This document shows, in pieces, positions 54,306 through 64,000 of a DNA stretch of 64,000 bases (its first letter is position 1; the number at the start of each line of letters is the position of its first letter). Below the pieces are notes generated by a model that saw nothing but the letters and a program-made list of their open reading frames with translations, searched no databases and was not told the origin of the DNA. Origin of the DNA: Bugula neritina (lineage: Eukaryota; Animalia; Bryozoa); assembly GCA_964035545.1 (NCBI GenBank), contig OZ037765.1:24489504-24553503 (forward strand), read 5' to 3'. The translations under genes and the position numbers were made by a program.

Positions 54306-56732
54306 TTATTCGTCAGTGCTTAAATTGCACTCTGGGAGAAAGGCTTTTAATTCCCTGTAAATTGATTCTCCGTTGTTGACTCCACTGAGTCCAGTCAATT
54401 GCAGTTCTTTCAAGTTTCTAAAATGGGTATGAAATAAAAGCTGAAGAGATTGTGTTAAAGTGGTGCCAATCAAGTTAAAAGTTGACTTAAACTTCAGTTG
54501 AATATACCACCCACTCAAAATTTCTTATTGCTGCAACTCCTTTGTCTGTCACACTGTCACATCTAATAATTTCCAGCTTGGTTACAGTTGGACCAACATA
54601 TTGCACCAGTTGGTTTATACAAGAATCATTAAAACTGCTGCATCTGATGAAACTCAATTTTTTTAGTTCTTTGATGCCATCTGCAACAGTTCATTTGATT
54701 ATATAATATTTTAAAATGGGAACAAACGGAAACTAAATCATGGTTATAGTCTTGTACTTGCAGTAAATCTAGCTACAGTAATAACCAATTGGCGCGTGGT
54801 GTGTGTGCATCAGAAGAGGTTGTGAATGAAAGAATTAACCATGGTGTAATTGAGCGAGTGTGCAGCATGGCTCGAGTGAGGGCACAACTCCTACTATACA
54901 TTAAGAAGGAAGATAGCATAATAATATATTAGAACAGCACTCCAAGTTAAGTAAACTACTATTACGTGCATGAACGCCCAAATTCCAACACCACCATGAC
55001 AAAATTTTTTTTAATTCTATAATAATTTGCTACTACTAAATATTTTCAATATTTATGACCAATGAGATGCTTGCAATGGTCTCTAACAAATAAATTAATA
55101 TGGCTGCTATGTTATGTGGGTTTTAATTAAAATTTGACTTCTATAAAAAGAAAACTTGTATCATTGGCAATAATGTGCATGCATCATACCCCATATTTAA
55201 TATACATGATTATTAGCCTTATTTTTCAACAAATACAGATGTATATTAATGGCATGAGATGAGAACTATTTGTGGAAAGTAAAAATTAAACCTAAACCAG
55301 TTATTTTTTCATTAACTAAATTTTAAATACTCAAAATTTATATGACTTGATGACTATAGACTACAGAGCATACACATGCAGTATAAGTCAAAAAATGCTA
55401 AGGTGAAGAAAAGAATGCTACGGTGAAGAAAGCTAACAATATATTAAATGCAGCATAATATTTTGAAAAATTAAAACATCTGTTGGAAACTTTTTGGAAA
55501 GCTCTTGCACTCAGATAAATTTTTGGATTCCTTCCCTTTGAAAATCAGTGTGTAATTTAAGCATGATGAGTAGGAAATTTCAAAGTGCCGGGCTGAAAAA
55601 ACAACAAGAAAAATAGATATCCCAGTTACCTTTTTTGAAACATTCACCACAGCAAACCAGTTTAATTTATGGTCAGAACATATATTATTGAAAAGAGATT
55701 TTTGACACTGAAAACCAGTGTTTTTTATTTGCCACAGTCAAATTTTGACGGAGTACCACCGGCTGACTATTTCGAGCAAACTTTGAAAACTGAATAATAA
55801 CTACTTCACAATAATTATCTTTGCATAAAAATATTATATCATTAATCTCAGGGTATATGTCTATTTGAGATCTAAATGAAAAAATGTAACCACGGGGAAG
55901 AGGAAGTTTTCTAGCAAAACGCACACAAAGAGTTGTGAAGCAACACAATACTGTGTTCACATCTTATAATAAAACTGTAATTGCTCTAACCAAAATGTGG
56001 AAATCCTATGCTCATAATAGTAGCCTCCTCAGCTCGAACTTCGGCTAGCTTCATGTTAGAGCCTAGTGTTGTACTTAATCTGTTATAATCACTAATGAAC
56101 TTTGAACTGGAATGAAACTTGACTTGAGCACCACACTTCAACAGCCATTCTGCACAAGCCCGGTCAGCCCCAACTTGCTTTATTCTGTCGCGATCAATTC
56201 TAGATAATTGTGTATAAATTTAAACACTGTAATTTAAATAATAAATATCAGCACAAGCATGCTACAATTTCTTTTGGTTAAAACTGAGTTGTGAAGATGT
56301 ATAAAATATAAAGGTGAACAAGTAAATTAATTTCAAATAGAAGAGAAACATATGGTTAGACATGACTAAATGATTTTATAAATTTTCAGGCACGTGGGAT
56401 GACAAAAATAGTTTAGACTGTTCCAAAAGATAGTTTGTTACTGAGAATTTTACAGATGATACAACACAGTATTATACATGCACTCTTATAGTCGCATATT
56501 GTAATTTTACAAAATAAATCATAGAAAGCCACACTCAAAACACAACAATAAAGTAATATATTGCAGTTAAGATATAAATGAGGTGCAAACACCCAGCTAG
56601 ATTTTGTTCTTACTTATTTCCTGCTGCATAGAGTATCCAGTAAACTTTTCTGGCTTGTGCATGTTGATAGATTCGATAAGATAACAATGACTTTGTTTTG
56701 AATGCGCTTTTTGCAGCATTGACGACATTCAT
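54306..56732 (-). CDS. ATP5S: Mitochondrial ATP synthase subunit s (factor B / DMAC2L)
   Basis: Exons 56732-56614, 56199-55991, 54680-54515, 54417-54306. NKIDRDRIKQVGADRACAEWLLKCGAQVKF..DYN..IMSIGFPHF..EIIRCDSVTDKGV..NLKELQLTGL; basic N-terminal presequence. Confidence 0.92.
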
Positions 56733-57330
56733 GATGGTATTCTTTTTATTCCAACATGGCTGCCTGTTTGAATTTATGCAATATGATAATCTGCATGCAG
56801 AAACATTTTGACTACCTACAGCTCTAATAAATTTTCAGAATTGTATACCCACACAAATTATATTCATACTGTTGTAGTTTTGGGCACTACTAAATTGTGG
56901 GTATTGTTGTGTGTTACTGGTTAATGCATCACGCTGTGAGGTTATACAAGTAACCGAACAAGTTGATCAGGAATCGATATATTTATATTTAAATAAACAA
57001 TACATGGATAAAAGTAGTATACATTAGTCGAGAAAGAGAATGTACAAAAGTCGAGGTAATTACATGGGTTCTCCTGCTAGCTACTAGTACTGTCCACTAC
57101 TGACTGGAGCGCCAGAAGGCGTTGTTTATATATAAGAGGTCACCCCTGATTGGTTGACACTAATATCACCTATTCTTGTTCGTATTAATTGGCGGTGTCG
57201 CCGCATGCAGAGACGGCATGACTGGAGCAGAGACGGCATGACCTGGAGTTGCTGCTCCTGGCTATAAACTATTGAGTTATGTGTATCAGGGGACACAGGG
57301 GGGGGGCATACTTCCGCTGACCATTACAAT

Positions 57331-59865
57331 TGTTGAGAAACAATCATGCGATCCTATCGCGAATCACATTCATGACAATCACGTGACAATATACTAACTT
57401 GTTGCTGTACTAGAATCGCTGTATACTTGTTTTACCCCTTCTCTTCCGTTTTATGTAATACAAACCACCGCGCTGTTTTTCATTCTAATAAATATTTTAT
57501 TATCAATTAATTAGATCAGTCAGGTTGCTCGATAAGTTAAATCAGCAATCAATATCGTATTTCATAATTAATACTCTACACAATGACCACACATCCAACA
57601 GGTTATGGGCCCAGTGGCTTCAAACACAGACTTCTCTTTGATGGTGACTCAATTTCTCAATTTGGGAAACAAGATTCACTTCATACTTGTGCATTCAAGA
57701 TGAAGGCGTACACACCGCCCTTCTACCCAAAGAAAAAAGAGAAGATAACGCTGCTGACTTTAACAAAAAGAATAAGCAAGCCTACACTGAGCTAGTACAA
57801 GTTTTAGACAAAAAGTCTCTTCAACTTGTGATGAGAGATGCTTTAGATGATGGAAGAACCTGCACAAATATGCGGAATAGACGCAATGAACGTCATGCCA
57901 CAAGAACCCGCACAAAACAGCAGAAATGGTACTCAGAATACCATACCACAAGAACCTGAACCAGATCCAGCAAATGCCACTGACTAACCTGGACCACGTA
58001 AATCGGAACGGAAACGAAAGCCTCCTACATACCTACAGGATTATGACATAGAAGACACTGACTATGCTTGCTCACTGATGGCAAACATACCCCAGTCCTA
58101 ATAAGAAGCTGTAAATTCAAAAGATAAAGAAGCCTGGAAGAAAGCCATGGACAAGAAAATGAACACCCTACGTGATTCAAAAACCTGGTCTATTCAGCTG
58201 CTACCTGAATACAGGACAGAGACTAAGGGCAGATGGGTTTATACCCTCAAACAAGGAAAAACCCAAGGTGAAACTCAACATAAAGCTAGATACATAGCAA
58301 AAGGAATTTCACAAATACAAGGAGTTGACTATGACGAAACCTATAGTCCAACCACCAGATTCACATCGATCAGATTGCCGTTACAGAAAGCAGCAAATGA
58401 AAACATAAAGACACATCAACTAGATGTTAAAGGAGCATACCTAAACGCACCAATCAATAAGGAAATCTATCTACAACAGCCGGAAGGGTACAAAGAAACC
58501 AGCAACCATGGGAAGCTTTCTTGTCGTCTCAACAAATCCATATATAGCCTCAAACAAAGCGGACCCAATTGGCACCAAACACTGACCAGTTTCCTCAAGG
58601 AGCGAGGCTTCACACCTGATGCTGGAGACCCTTGTCTATACTCAAAAGAGGACCCTTCAGATAAATCAGCCAACATCATCATTCTTTTCTGGGTTGATGG
58701 CATCCTTCTCTGCTGCCGAGATGACAACAGAATCACACAAACCAAATCTATGATGCAACAAAAATTCAACATGGATGATAGAGGAGAATTAAGCTGGTTC
58801 CTGGGGATAGACTTCAGGAGACATGAGGACCAGTACACTATGTCACAAGAGTGCTACATAGACACGCTGCTGAAAACCTACAGTATGGCAGATTGCAGCC
58901 CTGTATATACTCCTGCTGAAAAGGACTTACAACTAGAAAAAGCAACAGACGACGAATTTGAGCTTTCAAAGGGTTATAGGTTCTCTTATATACCTAATGA
59001 CTGCCAATGAACGTCCAGACCTAGCATGGATCATTGGGAAGCTTTTCCAACACCTAGAAAGACCTAGACCTGCACATATTGCTGACCTGAAACGGCTGCT
59101 ACGATACCTTAAAGGTACAAAAGGATTCAATCTGAGATTCACTCCCAATCAACAAGAACTAGCAGGCTAGGTGGATGCAGATTGGGGCGGAGAAACCTCC
59201 ACACAAAGATCAACTACAGGATATGTATTCACACTGGGTGGAGCCCCTATAAGTTGGAACCACTGACGACAGCCCGAATACATGGCATTTGCCGAAGCTA
59301 CAAAGGAGATGCTATTCCTACAGACTTTGTGCAAAACATTCAAGATGAAGCAGCATAACCCTAACAAACCTTTCACCGACAACCTTGGAGCCATTGCCGT
59401 CACTAAGGGACAGCCACACTCGCATCAGAAGAGCAAACACATTGACATTAGATTCCACTTTGTCAGAGAGCAAACCACCATAGTGTACCCACACATCAGA
59501 AGAGCGGAGAACCCTGCTGATGTCACGACTAAAACCAATCATAGAATTGCACTGGAGCTACTAGCTATCGAATCACATGCTGGAGGGAGCGTGTTGAGAA
59601 ACAATCATGCGATCCTATCGCTAATCACATTCATGACAATCACGTGACAATATACTAACTAATTGCTGTACTAGAATTGCTGTATACTTGTTTTACCCCT
59701 TCTCTTCTGCTTTATGTAATACAAACCATCGCACTGTTTTTCATTCTAATAAATATTATATAATCAATTAATTAAATTAGTCAGTCAGTTTGCTCAATAA
59801 ATTAAATCAGCAATCAATATCGTATTTCATAATTAATATTTTACACAATGGCCACACATTCAACA
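57331..59865 (+). mobile_element. Internally deleted Ty1/Copia LTR retrotransposon
   Basis: TG..CA LTRs at 57331-57600 and 59592-59865; 5-bp TSD ACAAT; PBS GGTTATGGGCCCAG at 57601; purine-rich tract before the 3' LTR; gag 5' fragment fused to RT/RNase H (no protease or integrase core). Confidence 0.95.
58087..59560 (+). pseudogene. Disrupted Copia RT-RNase H
   Basis: KARYIAKG, QLDVKGAYL, SIYSLKQS, catalytic WVDG (second Asp lost), VDADWGG, KHIDIRFHFVRE, ENPADV; frameshift near 58955 and in-frame stops. Confidence 0.9.
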
Positions 59866-60359
59866 ACAATAATGCATGTTTTATATTTAAGAATGTCTTC
59901 AATTGACTCATCAGCTTGGGCAACCTGATGTGACCAACCAGCAAAACAGGAAACAAAACATTGGTCAACTACATTAGGCCAAGAACTTTTGACAAATGCA
60001 GCTTTGTTTCTATGGGTTTTTATTGTTCCGATCATTTAAGAATACCCTTTCCTATCTTTTCATTGGGTCTTGGATTATATATTTATAAAAGTTTACTCAT
60101 TGAGTACAAATATGGTAAATCTGATTATAGTTATATTACGGGAGAGACAATGAGATTTCCCATTACATAGACTTTATTGAAGACTTGCTTATTACACCAG
60201 ACTAGCTATCAACACGATAATTACAATAGCATGTAATTAAGAGAGGTGGTAGTTTTGCTGTGTGCAGCTGAGGTCCAACTCATTTTCTTGAGGCATTCCA
60301 CCTCTACTATAATATATTGGTAGAATGCCTCGTTTTGAGATGAGCGACCAAGTCATGCG

Positions 60360-60525
60360 TACGTCTGAATCTGCAGTTTCACGTTTCTGAGAACCTCATC
60401 GGAGAATCAGAGAATCCGAATATCCGATTTGGCTGAATTCGGATTTCCGCTAGGAATTTCATTTAGCTATACAGGTTATGTAACACCAGTTTACAAACTA
60501 TTTACGAGTTAACCAAAGAAAAGTA
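60360..60525. promoter_or_regulatory. Putative bidirectional promoter and first exons of ATP5S (-) and an unidentified + strand gene
   Basis: CpG-containing island with divergent donors (minus GTACGC at 60362, plus GTAAGT at 60523), followed on the + side by a periodic tract. Confidence 0.45.
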
Positions 60526-60859
60526 AGTTAAAGAAGTTTTATCCATGTCTGGGCTGAGGCCTAATACATGAACGGCCCAACACCTGCCTGCATGATACAA
60601 TTGATGTGCCTGACCAAAACCTACTACAACAAGAACAATGGCTCTCTAAAACTCGATTGTTTTGGTGTTTAATATTTCATATTACTGTATCACCAGCTTT
60701 GTATCAAACCATTCAATATTCAATCACTGATTTTACATATGCTCTTGAATGAAATGAGATATTATGGTGGGAGTACACCTAACTAAGTTTAGGAGACCCC
60801 AAGAAAATATGTGAAGTACGGCCAGTGTACTCCTGTCACTGCATACCCCTTCACTTTCA

Positions 60860-61700
60860 CCATAATCACTGCTTATTACTTATTGTGATTATGATTACTA
60901 TTGGTATTAGTATCCCTATTAATCAAACCCAGTCTTATTCTTACGCCTTATGGTTCTCATTTAAGTGAGCAGTGGTCGAGGGGTTAGAGCGTTTGCCTAT
61001 TAAGCAAGAAATCATGGGTTCGAGCCCTGACAAAGGCCATTGGTGATGTTAGGAAGAGCATCCAGTCAAAATTTCTCCTGTGCCCCATCTGAATAAGCCC
61101 TTGACAGATTAAACAAAAACCCCTTCTATCAGGGGTTTCTTACAGGGATGGTGACTATAAACTTGCATGAGTTTTTTATGGTTCTTATATAAATATTTAT
61201 TAGCCAATGAATTCGATAGACTGAGCCATTGTCCATTAATATTATTACTATTGGTATTGCCATTATATTTTATAATTATGATGTTTCTTAGCCTGGTTAG
61301 TTGTCATAAATATAACCAAAAGCTAATAACTATTCATGTTAAAGTAATACTATTAGTATTACTAATAGTAATACTGATAGTAATATTAATAATAATTATA
61401 GTAATTTCCTTTTCCTTTTAGTTTTACGTTCCGCTTAGTTCAAAGCGTGATCTCTTGATGGTAGCACTATTTTCAGCTTTAATCATGATCATTATGATTA
61501 TCCAATACTTATACTAATAGTAAAAGTAATAGCCATATTCATATTGATATAAATAATTATACTTATAAACTAAAAGTAAACATATGACATATTTATAGTA
61601 CTAACAGTAACAGTATGTCGAACGAAAATAAAATAATATATTAATGTTATTATTACAATAACTTTAATAATAATAGCTTTAATAGTATTTAGTAATTATA
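60860..61700. repeat. 3/6-bp periodic TA-rich tract, interrupted by a SINE
   Basis: (TAN)n and (ATN)n runs at 60860-60915 and 61240-61700. Confidence 0.7.
60965..61160 (+). mobile_element. tRNA-derived SINE (MetaSINE-like)
   Basis: A box TGGTCGAGGGG (60973), B box GGTTCGAGCC (61017), no acceptor stem; followed by AGGAAGAGCATCCAGTCAAAA, which resembles the Meta central domain as recalled. Confidence 0.7.
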
Positions 61701-63310
61701 GGCTTTATGAAATATGTGTGTATTTATATTTATTACTTGAATGCAAATAACTTTTCGCTATGATGATTAGTTCAAGGGAAGGCAATTAACAAGTTAGATA
61801 TTATTTGAATAATTATGCTTTGAAATTAGTGTCTGCAATCCAATAACAGCAGAATAAAAAAAATATAAAAGTTATCTCCGCTCGACAAATGTTTATTAAT
61901 AGTTTGGTTTGGCAATATTATTTATGTATAAACAATATATGTGGTTCTATGTGTTATTGTGTAATGGTAGCACTCAAGTTATAAATTTCGTGAGACAAAT
62001 TTAGGACCTGCCTCTCCGGAAATGAACAAAACTATGGATTTTATATGCGTTTTAAAATATCTATTTGATAATAATATGGAAACAAAATTATAAGACAAGA
62101 AAAACTATTACAATAACCAAACCCAAAAGAAATAACACAAATATATATATATATATGTATATCCTAGCGACCCTTTGAAATCCCGCTGCGTATAATATAC
62201 TGGCAACAAAATTGATAAGCCTGCTGAACATAAATTTGGTATAACTTAAAAGATCAGACAATTCTAAGACAGTTCCTCAAACAACCTACGTAACTCAATC
62301 AAATTCTTAATTTGAAAATATTCCTTCAAGTGTAATTTATGCAACTTCAAAGTAGATTTTCAATTCACAAGTACAAGTTATATAGTGATAAAACAAACAA
62401 TAGATAAAATTAGTATATCACAAGAAAATATATCAAGTTACTTACAATGAAACTTCTCAGTCCAAAAAAAATTGATTAGGTTTAGATGTAATTGAGTTTC
62501 TAATTAATAATTTCGCACAAAATATACTATGGCTCTTCTGATTATTAATTGCTCTTCTTATCGCCGATAATCTATTGCGGCTTCTGAGCTGCCTTTTATA
62601 GTCGGGTTGTTTTGGATTTCTGAGGTTTGGGCGATGAGTCTAACCAGGTAAGTTGCTGGTTGGTCCGCAGGTTCAAGTCCAACAATGTGCTAACTGCTAC
62701 ATGAGGAATTGTTGGTGACACCATCCCGGTATTGACCATATCAGGATCTCTAAGACTAATAAGTTATACCAGCATTATTTCTGCCATAACTCATAGCCTA
62801 AAATATATGTTTTATAGCAAGAAAATATATTAATACGTATTAGTTGTTCACGTGTTGATTTTGTAGTTATTAGATTTTATAAGTGAAGTAAAACACCAGG
62901 TTATATCAAATTTGTATAATTCATCAAGTATATGATAAACGTTAAATGTCATCTATATGTTAATATGATTGAATAATCATATACGTCCCGGTTTTATTCA
63001 TGTTTGTTTACCAATTAATGTTCATGTAAGACGGGGTTAAAATTTTACAAATCCCAACACGTGAACAAAACATGTATATGAAATTGTCCCTATACCACAA
63101 CTACTTGTATAATATCATATTACTAAACATACTATATCTGCATTATTCAAAGCGCTGTAAATCATACGTTTAGTATATTAATGTTTGAAGCAATTTCCAT
63201 GTAGTGTCATGACGCTTAGCTCATTTGCATATTTCAATTTTAGCTGTACTCAAGTTTCAAGTCCATTGCTTTCAGAATATGTATTCCACATTCTTTCTTG
63301 AATTTTGTAG

Positions 63311-63466
63311 ATATACAGTGTAGTCTACATACCGTGACGGAATAGATATAATAATTTATAGTTACTTCAACCTGTCACAGCAGTCATCTCACTGAAAGTT
63401 TCAAGGAAGCAGGCAAGCCTCAGCACCAACGGCAACCATAATTCAGCAAGTTGGAATATCTTAAAG
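63311..63466 (+). other. Candidate internal (probably UTR) exon of an unidentified transcript
   Basis: Flanked by ttttgtag| and aaag|gtataa; no recognisable protein. Confidence 0.3.
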
Positions 63467-63694
63467 GTATAACTTGTGAAATACAGAAGTAAGAGTTAAG
63501 CATATAAAAAGGGAAGAAAGCCCTATACATCTACAGTTATTTACTGTTTCAAGAATAGCATATTTTCCAAGAACTGACTTTCTAGGAACTAAATTATAGT
63601 TTACCACCACTATATCAGGTTACATTTACTTGGTAAATTGTTTACCACTCATAGCCTACTCAAATTGTTGACTAAACTATAATCACTACCAGCA

Positions 63695-63870
63695 TATTAT
63701 TCTCTGTAAATGTATTACATTATTGTGCAGTAACTACTCTGCCTAATACAAAACACTATGCATTTCTAATCTGATAATAATATTATCTCTGTAAATGTAT
63801 TACATTAGTGTACAGTATCTACTCTGCAAAAACACAAAATACTATGCATTTTCTGATCTGACAAGTATAA
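63695..63870. repeat. Diverged 85-bp tandem duplication (2 copies)
   Basis: TCTCTGTAAATGTATTACATTA...ACTATGCATTT recurs at 63701 and 63786. Confidence 0.85.
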
Positions 63871-63879
63871 TTATACACA

Positions 63880-64000
63880 TAGTGATAGTATTACTATTCA
63901 TAATTATTGTTATACGTTATAACTATAACTATAAGTATAAGTGAAACTTCATGTTATTCATATTGTTATAGTTATACTTATACTTATAGTATTACATTAA
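63880..64000. repeat. Start of another 3/6-bp periodic TA-rich tract (runs off the window)
   Basis: gttata actata actata agtata; gttata gttata cttata cttata. Confidence 0.65.

Noticed and set aside
60965-61040. tRNA gene
   Set aside because: A and B boxes are present, but there is no acceptor stem or terminator, and it continues into a SINE body.
62610-62730. Second SINE head (GGTTCAAGTCC B-box-like)
   Set aside because: A box and body are too degenerate to support.

Overview
AT-rich, gene-dense eukaryotic DNA with short GT-AG introns, from an invertebrate animal (probably a non-insect protostome; this is inference). Eight spliced genes can be reconstructed: ALKBH5 (-, with an apparent 1-nt frameshift in a G7 run), a claudin-like tetraspan (+), PDAP1 (+), Schnurri/HIVEP (-), FIGNL1 (-), Bax inhibitor-1/TMBIM6 (-), EEF2 (+, hosting a U21/SNORD21-like C/D snoRNA) and ATP5S/DMAC2L (-). 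There is also a probable decayed XRN-like gene and the 5' end of an unidentified + strand transcript. Mobile DNA: a 3.7-kb fold-back Sola2-like transposon, an internally deleted Copia LTR element, a hAT-type MITE and a tRNA-derived SINE. The main unexplained signals are: (1) a 3/6-bp-periodic TA-step tract in the first intron of almost every gene, starting near the first donor; (2) an 18-bp minisatellite built from FIGNL1's own 3' splice site, whose outermost copy is an AG|GT recursive-type site; (3) eight perfect UGUAAAUA motifs just downstream of the FIGNL1 stop; (4) a U21-like snoRNA whose halves appear swapped; (5) a 207-bp near-perfect palindrome. Exon boundaries were read by eye and first (UTR) exons are inferred. 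No prokaryotic features or CRISPR arrays were seen.
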